From assembly GCF_016433145.1 (NCBI RefSeq), contig NC_058130.1:499839078-499903077 (forward strand): a stretch of DNA of 64,000 nucleotides. Direction: 5' to 3'. Position numbers and translations under genes: made by a program. The stretch comes from Gracilinanus agilis (lineage: Eukaryota). Below, in pieces: positions 14,501 through 29,900 of the stretch (position 1 is the stretch's first letter; each line of letters opens with the position of its first letter). The notes under the pieces are model-generated. The model made no database searches. It was not told the origin of the DNA and saw only the letters and a program-made list of their open reading frames with translations.

Positions 14501-15479
14501 TTCATTATATTTATTTTACATATAACTTCTCTCAGACATTAAATAGTTTTTGTTTTTGTTTTTTACTCTGGGCAAGTAATTTAATCTAAATTATTTAACT
14601 GTAATTGTGTTAAACCACAATCATAATGAATGTAATCTTAATGGAGGCAGCAATTGTTTCATTGTTGTATTTGAATCCCAAGCACTTGGCAAAGTCCCTG
14701 GGACCAGATTTGAATTAAGTTCTCTCTGACCTCGGGCCATAGCACTCATACACTGAACAACTTAGTTGCTTTCTACAGCCATCCCTTGCTATATCCTGGC
14801 TCCCTTATCATGGCTTCCCTATATTGTGGGGTTTGTTCGTTTTTTAATCTAATTCTGTATCACGGAGTTTTCACTATATGGCGGGATTTTGAGGATGAGT
14901 ACACAATGGAAATGCAGTACCCCAGTACCACCTGTGCAAGTTTTCCAGTGTGAGATTGTACCCAGCACACTATTGACTGATAGAATGAAAGATGACCAAC
15001 TGCAGTTCTGTATTCTGTACCCTGAGAGCTGACTGGCTCAGTGACTGTACTTCTTGGATTTTCACCTACTGCCAAGGGCTTGGCTATAACTACCCAGATA
15101 GGTAAGAGATCACTGTATTCATACAGAGATTTCATGACTTTCCCAAAGCCACACAGCTAAGAAGTAAGGGAAGCTGCAGATTGATTTAGGTCTTTTCTGT
15201 TCTTAACTCGAGAGATAGCTGTAGCTGCTTCTAAAATCTGGCACAGTCATAGTGAATAAAAAGGTCCAGAGATGCCGCAATTTGTTTTTATCAACAAGGA
15301 TTTATATAATGTATTCCAGTGATCCACAAATGCTGTATTGCATTCCCACCCCAAAACTGAATGATCTAAACTAGCTAGTTCTGGCCCCGAATAATTACCA
15401 CTAATATATTTGTTCATTTAGATTTCTCTTGTCCTACATACCTACAAAACTCCAATGATCAATAGTTGCAAAGATTTAA

Positions 15480-15710
15480 TAAAACATAGAATTTAGATGC
15501 CCAATCCTCTTTAATCTTAGGGCCACACCCAGAGATTAGCTCTCATTTATCCTGTATCCATCTTATTTGTACATAATCTTTTGCATGTTGTCTTTCCCTT
15601 AGATTGTTCTTGAGAGCAAGGAATGCTTTTCATTTTTCTTTATATCTCCAACACTTAGAACAGTTCTTGGTACATAGTAGATGCTTAATAACTGTTTCTT
15701 GATATAACTT
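15480..15710 (+). mobile_element. L2 3' end
   Basis: cttgagagcaaggaatg..acttagaacagttcttggtacatagtagatgcttaataa. Confidence 0.8.
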
Positions 15711-15915
15711 GAAAAAAAAGCAAAGAATTTAGAGGCTGTAGAAATTATATAATTAGCCCTAGGATAGTTAAAAGTTAACTACATCAGAATAAATATTTAA
15801 TGTAATCTCTTTAAATTCTAACTCTTCACCTTTGAAAAATGAAACAGTTCTAGATGAATAATGTTTACTGAACACACAATGCAAATATTTCTGATAATTT
15901 AGCAATTGGTCTCAC

Positions 15916-15965
15916 CTTATCACTGGAGTAAACAGACTATGAAGTCGGCAATACAACCTTACACC
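15916..15965 (-). CDS. PREX2: PREX2 exon 13 (50 bp): GVRLYCRLHSLFTPVI(R)
   Basis: Acceptor ttttatacag|GG; donor AAG|gtgaga; phase 0 to 2. Confidence 0.96.
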
Positions 15966-16605
15966 CTGTATAAAATAAAGATATTTCAGATCAAGTAAGT
16001 CACTCCATAGACATACCAGTAACAGATCTATTAACTTACATAAAAATGGGAATTCCCCCAAATTAGGAGTTATTTGAACTATACCATATTATAGGAATTT
16101 CAGAATAAAATTAATAAAATGAAAATTACATTATCAATGAATCCTATAATTTGACAAAAGATGTCAAAAGTTTTCTTAAGTTAAAAATGGTCTACTGAAA
16201 TAGAAAAAATTAATGTACTAAATGTTCCCATATTTTCATATAAATGTAGGCAATAAAGCATTGGCATTTGTCAATTTTATTTTACTCAAGCAATTCTATA
16301 AACTGAATACAGAGAGAAACTATAAAGGAAAGCATTGGCAGTAATAATGTTCCAATGTATTTACTTGTTATATTGTTGATTTGTATTTAATACCTATTTT
16401 AAACACGTATGTATGTATTTATACATACAGACACATATATGCACACATATAACAACGTCTAGAATTTTCTGAATGATCCAACTTTGTCAATCCTTTCAAG
16501 ACTTTTGCAAATGAATAAAATTCAGCCTCTTAAATCTGCATTCAAAAATATTAAAAGAAAGAAAAAGGTTCATTCTAATATACCATTTAGGCATTGACAA
16601 GACTA

Positions 16606-16833
<228 letters not shown>

Positions 16834-17249
16834 TTAATATTCTAAAATGCTAATAAAAGCCTTGAAGAATATAACACAACATGAATGTATTCATAAACTA
16901 TATGTTCCATAATGTTTAGAACTTCTAATTTGAGAAAACAAATTTTAATTTACTTTTTGCTAAATAACAAGAGGGATAATAAATTTAATTGACCACTTTA
17001 TCATTTTCATAAATTATAACAATTTTCTTAAGTTTAAGGTGTAATTTGTAAGACCATTAGCAGATAACTCATAAATTTAATCCAGTAAATAAAAGACAAT
17101 GTGTTATACTTTATATTCCTAGAGAAGCTAGGTCATTGCTTTTTCATGTACTTCTAACCCAATAAAATGACTGCTTCTTAACAATGAAGGTAACGTTCAT
17201 CCATCTACCCATGTGGGCCCATTGAAATCAGCTATTTAGTGAAAACTTC

Positions 17250-17560
17250 ACTTAAACCATTCCTGATAACCTAACCTATTTTAAGCCCTCTGGATAATAC
17301 TACAAAATATTGTCATGTAACCTATTTCATAACTTAGCACTTCTGACTATAGAGAAATGTTTTCTTATCTCTAAGCTAAATCCCTCATGTTTCAGTATAA
17401 ATCCATTTTCTTGGCCTGCCTTCAATAGAAACAAAAGGCAGTTGATCTCTAACTTCAATATATCTTCTTCATGTGCATAATTGCAGAAAATCACCAGACT
17501 GCTACTTGGTTTTTCCTTCTCTAGGCTCCATAATCCTATTATAACTAGTTTCAGATTGTG
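17250..17560 (-). mobile_element. Ancient CR1 LINE, ORF2 C-terminal fragment
   Basis: Minus translation GLWSLEK..NGFILKHEGFSLEIRKHFSIVR matches CR1 GLFSLEK..NGLKLQQEGFRLDIRKNFLTVR. Confidence 0.8.
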
Positions 17561-19189
17561 ATTGTTCCTCTTAAAAGAAAAATATAACATTTCTGGTCAA
17601 AACTCAAATGATTTATATTTGAATATATTCTTTAAAGTGGAGAACTTAAAGTCTACAAAGTTAATCGCTTAATTCAATTAACTCTGCAACTCATGCTTAA
17701 ATGGGAGATTAGGGCTTTAGGTAATTTGCCTGAAATATCAGAATGACAGGAAGGTATCTGAATCACTGAGGAATATGAGCTCCATATGGGTACATTTGGA
17801 AGAAGTAGATCAAACTTCAAAGATGGGTGTACCACAAATAAATATTTCAAGGTTTATCTATTTCCCCCAATTCCATCCAGACCTCCTTATTGCTCAAATC
17901 CACATAAAATGAGAGAGGAATGTTGTTAAGCAGGTAGACACCTCCAGACCTCTAGCACTTCCTCCATGGGCCAAGCTAAAGCATGTAGAAGGCAGAAGTA
18001 TGTAAAAGAAAAATAAAGAGAAAAAAATGAAAAGAAGTATTTTGAGTCCCCACGTCCATTACATTTTTCCAACTATTCTTCATATTCTCAAAAGGTATTT
18101 AAAATGTAAGCATAAAACTCTGCCACTGTGCCAGGATATTTTGAGATCATCTAGTCCTTTCTACAATCATATGCTACTTCTGAGGAGTGGGCCAAAAATT
18201 CTAGGCAGATTTTACACACTGTCAGTGTATCACCCTTATCCAAGAGAAAGATCTGAATATAGAACCTCTGTCACCTCAAACTAGCCTCTTCCTATTTTGC
18301 TAGCATATATAATAGCAAAATATCTAGTTAATTAATTGGTAGATTCTCATGCCATTTTGATGTGAAAAAATGTTTTTGTGTTCTCAGTACTGCTGCTGAA
18401 TCAACAATGTAGCATTATCATTAGGTTTCTGAGTTCCCATGTAATGAGCTGAAGCATTTGTGCTCAGAACATGTTGAACAAAGCAAGAAGGAAGAAACTG
18501 ACTCTTTCTAAATACCACAGAGAGAGCATATGAGCTCAAGAAAACAATGTCCACTGTACTGAACATTGCCTCTGGTGAAGTTCTCAGCAATATTTGCAAT
18601 GTGAATAATAACAATAATAGCCAACTTTTCTTGCTCACTCTCTCTAAAACAGATGGTTCATTCAACTTTATTTTAAGAATTCTATTTTCACTGAAATACA
18701 GCTGGGACCACATACTAATGAAAGTAGCATGTCTGGCTCATGTTTCTATACTCTAATGTAATTATTCTTTTATTGTGAAACCATCTAACGTATTTTTTAA
18801 CTTTGAGATGGGATTAGTGTATTTTGTGGAAAAATTTAAATATCTGTAGATAGTTTTTTGGCAAAAGAAACTTTCTATTGGCAAAGAAAGTCAATATTTG
18901 TTTTTCAACATAAATAACCTGACATTCTGCAACATAACTTAATATGACATTCCGAATGGTGATTTTCCAGATAAAGAGATATATAGTCCATTGAAATGAA
19001 CTATAGAGAAAAAAGAAGAAACCTTAATATGAAGCATTACAATTCTAAATTACTCCTGTTCTGTCAACAGCAGTCATTACTTAAAAGTTTTAGTTCCCAC
19101 AAATCAACTTTATAATATTGCAGCTGAGGAAAATGGATTATTCTCTCAGTATGTTCATATTTCAGTTTGACGCACTTCATTCAAATTCA

Positions 19190-21090
19190 CCAATATTTAC
19201 TTAACAGTTAGTATTAGTCAGTCTGGAGGATAAAATAAAGATGAAAAGATATGGTTCTTTCCTTCAAAAAACTTAACATCTAGTTGGGAGGAGGAGAGGC
19301 AAGCATAAGATAGATAGACAAATAAAGTTTGGAATAGTATGTATTAAGTATCATAAAAATAAAATTTTATAGGGATACAGGGGAAGGAGAGATGAATAGT
19401 AACTAACATAATGCTTTGTATAAAATAATATCTCATATAAAGTAATCCCTTAAAACATATTAATTTAATTGGATTGGATCAGACTGGGGTAGTCAGTTTC
19501 TATGAAGGAAGTAGCATTTGAATAGAGCCCCAAATGATCAGTAGGATTTCAACAGGCCTAGATGAAAGGCTATGTAGGACATTCTGGATAGAGGGAACAG
19601 AATGATCAAAGTGATAAAAAGCAGGAAAATAAGAGGTAAGTTTGAGGGAAAATATATATTCTGATATACAATAATTTATAGAAAACAAAAAACATATAGC
19701 TGGAAAAGTAGCTCACAGTTACATGGTAAATGCCTTAAATCCCAGACTGGTTATCTATTTTGTAATTAATGAGGAACAATTACAATTCTGTGAGCAAAGG
19801 AATACAGTGTAGTAGAGAAAGTACTATATTTAGAGTCAGAATTCTTGAGTTTGAATTATGACTCTGCTAATTATTCTAGCTGTCCTTGGGCATGTGATTT
19901 TATCTCTCAGCTTCCTCATCTGTAAATGAAGTAGAAGTGACTAGAAGATCTTTAAATCTCCTTTTATTTCTACATCCTATGATGCTATGAATCCCAAGAG
20001 CTATGCTTAGGAAAATTTATCTGACAATGAGATATAGAATGGATTAAAGAAGGTAGAGACTATAATTATTTATAACCATTTGAATGTTACTTAAGTAGCC
20101 CTAGGACTCAGAACAAGGAACATTCATCTTCATGAATTCAAATCCAGCCTCAGACACTAGCAGCATGGCCCTTGGCAAGTCACTTAACCATTTTTGCCTC
20201 AATATCCTCATCTGTAAAATGAACTGGAAAAGGAAATTGCATTCCTCTCAGAATCTCTGCCAAGAAAAACCCAAAAGGGTCTTTGAAGACTGAGATACAA
20301 AAATGACTATACTTCAACGACAAAAAGTGAAAGATAATGGGCACTTAGATTATTATGGTAGCACAGGAATGGAAAAGTAGGGACAGATAAGAGAAATAAA
20401 ATTAAAATGACTTTGCAGCTATATATAGAGGGTGGGAGGAGAGAGAAATAGAAGATAAGCCAATTTTTCAAGTATGGTTCCCTCTAACACTAGAAGAATG
20501 CTGATTCTACTAGTAATAATAAGGAGTTCAAGAGGCAGAACTCATATGGTAAATTAGATAATGAATTTTCTCTTTTAAAATGTTGAAGTTGAGAATAAAC
20601 AGAATAACTAATGTACCTCTAGATATTTAAGATGAGCTTAGAATGCGGCTCGCATTGGAGACATAAATTTGGGAAGTCTATTTATAGAAGTGATCATTAA
20701 AGTCATGGAAATTCCAGTGGGATAGTATATTCAGAGAGAAAAGGAAAAAAAAGAAAGAGGGCTGAAGACAAAACCACAGAAAGTGCCAGTGTTAAAGGAC
20801 TCTGAAGAGGATAAGTCAATGGAAGAAACAAAGAAAGAATAGAACATCAATATGAGAATCAATATAATTCAGAGACATGGATAGGAAAGAGAGAACTCTT
20901 CAAGTAAGGGTGTAGTAGTCAAAAGTTAAGTTTGAAGATGAAATTGAAATAAAAGCTAAAATAAAGCTATTGATTTGGAAATTGGGAAGTCATTGTTAAG
21001 CTTCAATAGAGAAGTTTCAGTCAAGTTATTCAGAGAGAAGCCCTATTACAAAGGACTGATGAATGGTTAAAATATAAAATGAAGGCAATG
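19190..21090 (-). mobile_element. Long L2 fragment with nested MIR (about 19800-19995, +) and Mar1 (about 20100-20325, +)
   Basis: Purine-rich reverse L2 body resumes after each SINE; Mar1 shows gcaagtcacttaacc..gaaaaggaaattgc. Confidence 0.7.
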
Positions 21091-22049
21091 ATTGTTTACT
21101 GAATCTCTTTCAGATATTCTCTAGCAGAATGAGAATGTTATAAAGTCAAGGCCATTTTACTTTGTCAACAGAATATATTGGCAGATTAGACATAATAAAC
21201 ATATACAATGCACAAACAAACATGCATAAATACACACAGGTCTCTCCTTGTAAAGAAACCAATAATTAATTAGAAAACAGTGTTGAGATCTCTTCTAATC
21301 ATTTAGAAAAAAGTTTAATTTCAATCTAAGTTTGTTAATCTACATAACTTCTGTATTTATATAGTAAAATGGTAACACAATTGGACAGAATTGTCCAGTT
21401 TATGGTAATTTAAATGCTATTCTTAACCACAATTCACAAACCTTGCACTTGGAAATAAGGTAAAAATAATTACATCTCTAACTGCCTCCTAGACAGGATA
21501 AAGATATTTTAAATTACCAGAGTCCTGTTGGAATTGGAGAATCTGGATAAGGAACTCTAGGATTTCAAAACCTTTCACAATTCATGAAGTCATAGTGGTT
21601 TTTACAAAGAGAGATTCCCCATTCTTCTAAAAACTGACAAAAGTAGAGGAAGAAAGTAGAGAAAAAAAAATTTGGAACTGACATGAAAGAAAGCAAAGAG
21701 ACTTCTTTTATATAAAATTAATCCAGTCTTCACTGTAAAGGAGGAGCTGTCTTTCAGAAGTGCGTAGGAGCCCCAGAGAAGGAAACCAAGGATTTAAAGA
21801 GAATGAGACCAAAATAGAAAGACTGGAATGAGAGGTCAACAAAATGTTTTTGAAAAAAGAATCGTGGCATCTGAATACCAAATTGATGGTTTTCTGGTGA
21901 GAAAAAAATCTCTAAAAATCAATCATTCAGAAAGATTGAACCAGAAATTCACTTTCAACAGATATTCCTTATTTTGACCCACTGATACTTTGTTTACTAA
22001 TATTATCATTTCTATCTTTATCATATAAATAAAGTGTTTAATAATTACA

Positions 22050-22320
22050 GAATCAAAGAATTTCAGAATTGGAACAAATGGACCTCAGAGGTCAAGTATT
22101 CTATATTTCATCTGAACAAGAAACCCTGCCAAAGCATACCTGACCAGAAATTATTCAGATGTTGCTTAAAGATGTCTAATGGGGGGAACCTAATAACTCT
22201 TCATATTACCTATTTTATTTGGGATAATGCTAATTTGGGTTAGCTTTTCCTTATATTAAGACTAACTACACATTGATGAATTCTCTACCCCTTGTTCCTA
22301 ATTCTACCCTTCTAGATAAC
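22050..22320 (-). mobile_element. CR1/L3 3' end
   Basis: gaatcaaagaatttcagaattggaa..gacctcagaggtca..ttgcttaaagatgtctaatgggggg. Confidence 0.75.
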
Positions 22321-23199
22321 TTTAAGAAAAGCAACTTTTAGAATCTAGTCATTTTCCTTCTATAAATTCTAAATCTTCGTAGATTTAAATGAACCATGAT
22401 TTTCAGAAAGATCAATTCAAGACTGACTTGTAGAAAATCTCTCACTTTATAAAAATGATATTTTCCATGTTCTAAGAAAAAAATATTATTTAATCACATA
22501 AAACAACATTCAGTTTTGAGGTCAATAATTCAGTTTTGCACATAGAAATTGCAATGATTTGGCATGAAAGGGTTGGCAGCTGGTGGATTTGTACATAATG
22601 AAATAAATGCCATAACTCATGTTTCTGCTTCCATACTAGCAGACTGGTTATAGAAATAGGAATAGAACTTGATCACAGCCAGGTTCACTTGCCATTATTC
22701 TTTTGGAATTAATGACCTATTGGAAAAAATTCAAAATCTATAACAAAAAAATCACTATTGTTATATTCAGATCACTTTTTTTACCTAGTATCTGATTCAG
22801 AAAACTTTTTAGGATCCCATAAGTAAAAAATCATGTAAGAAGAAGAAAAAATGCTGAAAAAATACTCCCTGTAGCAGGAGAAAAAGAAATAGGGGCAAAT
22901 TGGTTTAATATATTTTCAAGTTTTTCTAGATATGTCTTTTTACAGAAGGAAATGAAAATTTGGAAATAGTTATTTTAGTGTGTTTATACATTAAAAGGTT
23001 AAATTTTCAAAAATAATTTCACCTTGATATGTATAGTGCATTTTATATAATTATTTTATTGTTTATCTTATTTTAAATAATTTAAATATTTTAAGAGTAT
23101 AATATGCTGGCAGAAATAAATGTTTACATACACTAAAAAGAAAAGAAATGCAACTTTGAAATAAAAACTCATAGAAAGCCTTTAAAAAGATATAATTTA

Positions 23200-23367
<168 letters not shown>

Positions 23368-23799
23368 TTATTACTATTTGTGCTGTGCATTCACCAAAGC
23401 ACTTAAAAGATCTTCACAATATATAAGATTGGTAGAAAACACTCTTGTACCAAAAGTATTTACTCCTATATCCTTTTAAACCCTCGTCTATTTCATATAA
23501 ACATATCTATGTTGATACACCTCAAACCCATGTTTAATAATTTTTATTGAACTCAGGACCTCCAGTGAATAAACAGAACTAAAAATTGGGGAGAAATTTA
23601 TTATAAGAAGATGCAAGAAATAGGCAAATCCCTTACAGTTGTTTCTTATACAGTGCACTACAATGGATTCCAGCATTATTAGAGACTTAAACATCTTTGA
23701 TATAATAAATATAGAACACAGAATAAAATATTTATTTTAATTGTGAAAGAAAAATAATTTCTGATTCCACAAACAAAATGAAGTGTCAGTGATAAAAAC

Positions 23800-24170
23800 C
23801 TGAGAAGACTTATTTAAACTCTTGTTAAAATGTACAAAACTAATAAAAACACTGTATACATTAAGAACAATATTTTAATGATGATCAGCTGTGAAAGACA
23901 GCTACTCTGATCAAGACAATGATCCAAGGAAAGTCCAAAAGATGAAAAATGGCATCTACCTCCAGAGGAGAACTGAAAAACTCTGAATAGAGACAGGAAC
24001 ATACTTGTTTCACTTTTTTAGGTTTCTTGCTTTTCATTCATTTATTTATTAATTGCAACTTTATTTAATATAGAAATGTGTTTTGCATGACTTCACATGA
24101 ATCTGATATATCACTTGCCTTCTCTCAGGAGAAATAGAAGTGAAGGACAGAATTTGGAACTAAATTTTTT
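23800..24170 (+). mobile_element. Old marsupial L1 3' UTR fragment in intron 10
   Basis: gatgatcagctgtgaaagac..ctacctccagag..gaaatgtgttttgcatgacttcacatg..aatttggaac. Confidence 0.8.
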
Positions 24171-24172
24171 AA

Positions 24173-24196
24173 ATATATATATATACACATACATAC

Positions 24197-24238
<42 letters not shown>
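24173..24238. repeat. Compound microsatellite (AT)n-(AC/ATAC)-(AG)21
   Basis: (AG) run 24197-24238 with one interruption. Confidence 0.95.
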
Positions 24239-24239
<1 letters not shown>

Positions 24240-24273
24240 TTAAAGAACCACATAATCAAGGTTATCACACCTA

Positions 24274-24459
<186 letters not shown>

Positions 24460-24819
24460 CTATGATATGAGTTTTTATTGCAAAAATAAATGTTTGTCAT
24501 TCTCTAGCAATCAAAATTAGATTATATTCTTTTTAAAAGTGAAAAACTTCTAGAATAATGTAAATAATTTTATGAAAATATGTCTAATATAAAATTATAC
24601 ATAATGAAAACTGTTTATACTTAAATTCTGAAGCATTTCAGACTACACATTTACAGAGGAATAAGATAGAGGTAATTTCTTGACATAGTTTAATCAAACA
24701 CTGAGGTTCTCAAATAATGGGCCTCCATGAGGGTTCACTGTGAAATTCAGAAGAAACTGACTTATTCAGTCCATTACTTCTTAATCTACTGAATGGGTAT
24801 TAGAGAACAATGGGACATG

Positions 24820-25984
<1,165 letters not shown>

Positions 25985-28183
25985 TTAAAAATTGAATAAT
26001 AGAATATAATTTATGTGAAAGTCATTGAATTCAACCCAAAATCTAGAATTTCTGAATTTTTCAAAGAATAATAAGATGACCTGTAACCTAAATGACCACA
26101 TTCTCTAAACAGCTGTAAAGGTGGGATTCCCCTCCCACCTCTATTAATGAAATATTAAATATATAAACAAGATATCTTTTCACAAGATATAAACTTCTCT
26201 GATGGGACTGAGAAGGGAATGAGAACGATTAGCTCACAAAAAAGCTAACAACATTTCTAAGGAGAGAAGAATTTAAGCAGATAAACAGTACGTCAGATGA
26301 GTGGTAGAAGACTCCAGGTTTCCAAGTTCCTTAAAAAGATCATAACCAGGGTTGTACTCAAGCCAGCTCTCAGTCTTACGAAAGCCCATTGGTAAATGTT
26401 CACTGTACACATTTACAGCTTGGAAAGGCAAACAGAGCAAATCAGGGCTTGATTTGTTGTGTTAGTTATCAAAACTGAAGAAAGTGTCAATAATGCAGAT
26501 CAAACTTAAAAGTGAGCATATACATTTCTTACCACCACCACCATCCTAGCTCCTGTGTTGCTCTGTAGACACTGCTTGAACTTTATATGACTGCAGTCAA
26601 GGCTCATGGAATGAAGTTATCTCCAGACTAAAAGCCTGATCACTATAGGCTGATAATAACTGGAATTTATATATTATATTATACATCTAGTTATATATTG
26701 TATACATATATTTATTACAATTATATTACATATAAACTATATAAAATTTAAGATTTGTAAAGTATTTATAAACATCAACTGATTTGAGCGTCACAAAACC
26801 CCTGAGAAAACCTTGTGCCTGTACCAGAGGGATAGTGCAACAATATCTGAGGGAAGTATGTGAGTCCAGAAGGCATTAATACTTCCACCCCAAAGATCAT
26901 GTCACCAGATAGATGGACATGTAAGACACAAAGTATCCAGCTAAAAGAAAGGCTAATACCTTGAGCAAAACAGGTCACTTGAGGAAGGAAATCTATAAAG
27001 AGAGACAGACAGAAACAGAAAGAAAAAAGAGAAATAGTGAGAGACATCCTGAGACACAGAAGGAGAGATGGAGTCAAAGACAGACAGAGAGTGATAGGAA
27101 TACAGAGAATGGCAAAGACTGAGAACAAATGCAGAAAAAACATGTACAAAGATGTATCCAGAAAAATAGCTATCAGAATGAGGAATCATTTTCCAAAAGT
27201 AAGAGCCTTTGCATCAATGAGCAATGCTGGAAATGGATTCAAGAAAGGACTTGCAGCAACCAGAAATTATGAAAATACCTTCTGGATATGATCTTTACAT
27301 ATATGCCTTACTACAATTGTACTCAATTGTACAAAGTTTGTGTCCATTTCCTCATACAAGGTTATTTGCAAGAGAATATACCTGAGAATTTAGGAAGAAA
27401 ATGTTTTGTACCAACTATTCTTACCACCTTAGTAAGTACCTTTGCTTAAAAGATAAATGTAAAACAGGATGATTATGATCAATAGAAACCATACAACTAG
27501 GAACCTAGACTGTTAAGTTTACCCCTACAACCCTGATCCTTCTGGTAGGTTATCTCCTCTGGGAATGTGGACAGCCAATGAGAATGTGAACTGAGGGACA
27601 CAAGCATATGATGTAGTAAAAACTTTCCAACACAGTGCTTACATGAATTGGATCAAATAATAAAGTCTAAAGAAATAAAATTACAATGATATTCAATTCT
27701 TCTCATTTTCAGTCCCAAAAGGTACCAAGCCTTGCATGAAGGATTTCTTAATTATTTTAGCTCACTATTAATCATAAGCACTCAGATTGGCAGTTCATTT
27801 ATTCTATCCAAAATTCTTTTCAAAAATTATATTGGGGAAAACCATGTAGAAAAGAGTAGACTCTCAATGTTTTACAAAACATGAAAATAAAATAGGAAGT
27901 CTCAAAAGATGTGTTTACCACATCATAGTCACAAGGGGAACTAATGCAAATATATGGTAATAAATGCATTATTGTGTACAGTTAAAAGCTGAATACCCTT
28001 GTTGCCAAAATCTGTCTTGTACTCTTTCTACTCAGCTGTCATGGAACCAAACCCATTTTTTCTAAGAATCTGTTATATGTTAAGTGTTTGTTTTGGGTTT
28101 TTTTTTTGTTGTTGTTTTTCCAGATCTTACTTGGTCTATTTTTGCCAAACAGTCACATAGCACTTAAAAATACAGGAAGTTTA

Positions 28184-28868
28184 TGCTCAAAGGGTTTTAA
28201 AACACTTTCTCCCCTTTGATCCAGCCATACCACTGCTGGTTTTATACGCCAAAGAGATAATAAGGAAAAAGACTTGTACAAAAATATTTATAGCTGCACT
28301 TTTTGTGGTGGCAAAAAAATCGGATAATGAGGGGATGCCCTTCAATTGGAGAATGGCTGAATGAACTGTGATATCTGTTGGTGATGGAATATTATTGGGC
28401 TAAAAGGAATAATGAACTGGAGGAATTCCATGTGAATTGGAACAACCTCCAGGAGTGAAAGGAGCAGAACCAGGAGAACATTATTCACAGAGATGGATAT
28501 ACTGTGGCACAATCAAAAATAATAGACTTCCCTACTAGCAGCAAAACAACGATCCAGGACAATTCTGAGGGACTTATGAGAAAGAACACTATCCGCATAC
28601 AAAGAAAGAACTGTGGGAGTAGAAACACAGAAGAAAAACAACTGCTTGATTACATGGTTCAATGGGTATAAGATTGGGGATGTAGACTCTACACAATCAC
28701 CCTAGTGCAAATATTAATATTATGGAAATAGATCTTGATCAATGACACATGTAAAACCCAGTGGAATTGCTCGTTATCTATGGAAGGGGGGGTTAAGAGT
28801 AGGGGAGAGAAAGAACATGAAATATGTAATCATGGAAAATATTTTTAATTCATTAAACTTAAAAAAAA
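28184..28868 (+). mobile_element. 5'-truncated L1 (about 685 bp) with target-site duplication
   Basis: TSD acaggaagttta at 28172-28183 and 28869-28880, preceded by tt/aaaaa (L1 endonuclease consensus); L1 3' UTR sequence between. Confidence 0.93.
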
Positions 28869-29234
28869 ACAGGAAGTTTAACTAGTACCACTTCATTAAC
28901 TAGTGCCATTTCACCTGAAAATAGAGAAAGGGTGTTAATCAGTAGCATTTACTTTTGCTTCATATCCTAACCAAGAAAAGAATGTAGACAGGACAAAGTA
29001 ATATCTAAAGAGCATCTACACTATAGAATCATCACCAATAGGCAATCTCACCACGAACTTCAGCAAAAATATCAGTAATTGCTCCAAAATGACATTTTGT
29101 CTTCATCCAAGAAATTTACCCGTACAACATGATTATTTGGAAAATGATGTAGCCTGGGAAATTGTCACTGTGACATTGTTTTGTTAAAGGCAGCTATTCT
29201 GTTGCTTTTTCCCAAATGACAGATTCTTATTTGA

Positions 29235-29900
29235 TCAGTCATTAAGTCAAGTCAAGGCAAACAAGCATTGATTTTGAGTTTACTATGTGCCAGCCATTGG
29301 GCTAAAAACACAGCAGACAAAGAAAGGTAAAGGAAAGTCCTCATCCTTAAGGAATTCACATTGTAATGGGGAGACAATAAGTAAAAAAAAAAAAAAACTA
29401 CATACAAACAGGGATACAAGGATACAGGAGAAACAAAAGATTATCAGAGTGGGAAGGCACTACCATTAAGGGGACTGGCAAAGGTTCCTTTTAGAAAGTG
29501 AGATCTAGGGACAGCTGGACAACTCAGTGGATTGAGAGCCAGGCCCAGAGATGGGAGGTCCTGGGTTCGAATGTGACCTCAGACACTTCCTAGCTGTGTG
29601 GCCCTGGCCAAATCACTTAACCCCCATTGCCTAGCTCTTACAGCTCCAATAAACAGTATTGATTCTAAGATGGAAGATAAAGATTTTAAAAAAAGAAGAA
29701 GAAGAAGGTGAGATCTGAAAGAAGCCAGGGAAACTAGGAGGAAGAAATATTCCAGACATAGAGGACAGTCAATGAAATTTTATGGAGTCAGAAAATGAAA
29801 TGTCATGTTCTAGGAACATCAGGGAACATAGTGTCACTGGCTTGCAGAGTGGATATAGGACAGTAAGTCAAAAGAAGATTAGAAAGGTGGGAAGCGTCAA
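29235..29900 (-). mobile_element. L2 fragment interrupted by SINE1
   Basis: aagcattgattttgagtttactatgtgccag..ccttaaggaattcacattgtaatggggagac; resumes after 29716. Confidence 0.8.
29507..29702 (+). mobile_element. Opossum SINE1 (tRNA-CORE) with 14-bp TSD
   Basis: A box ctcagtgg, B box ggttcgaatgt; TSD agaaagtgagatct 29493-29506 / agaaggtgagatct 29703-29716 (13/14). Confidence 0.92.

Noticed and set aside
17327-17590. 87-codon open frame across an ancient CR1 fragment, a possible exaptation
   Set aside because: The middle is CR1-like only in a different frame (YIEVRDQLPFVS), so the ORF arises from compensating frameshifts rather than selection.
18293-18322. Perfect 10-bp hairpin tattttgcta/tagcaaaata
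   Set aside because: Short and AT-rich, expected by chance in 64 kb.
18384-18756. 109-aa minus ORF and 69-aa plus ORF in non-repetitive intron 11 sequence
   Set aside because: No recognisable homology and no convincing splice sites. It could be conserved non-coding DNA, but the sequence alone cannot show this.
26775-27291. Overlapping ORFs of 124, 78 and 84 aa
   Set aside because: They lie in GA-rich low-complexity sequence with biased composition, no homology and no credible exon structure.
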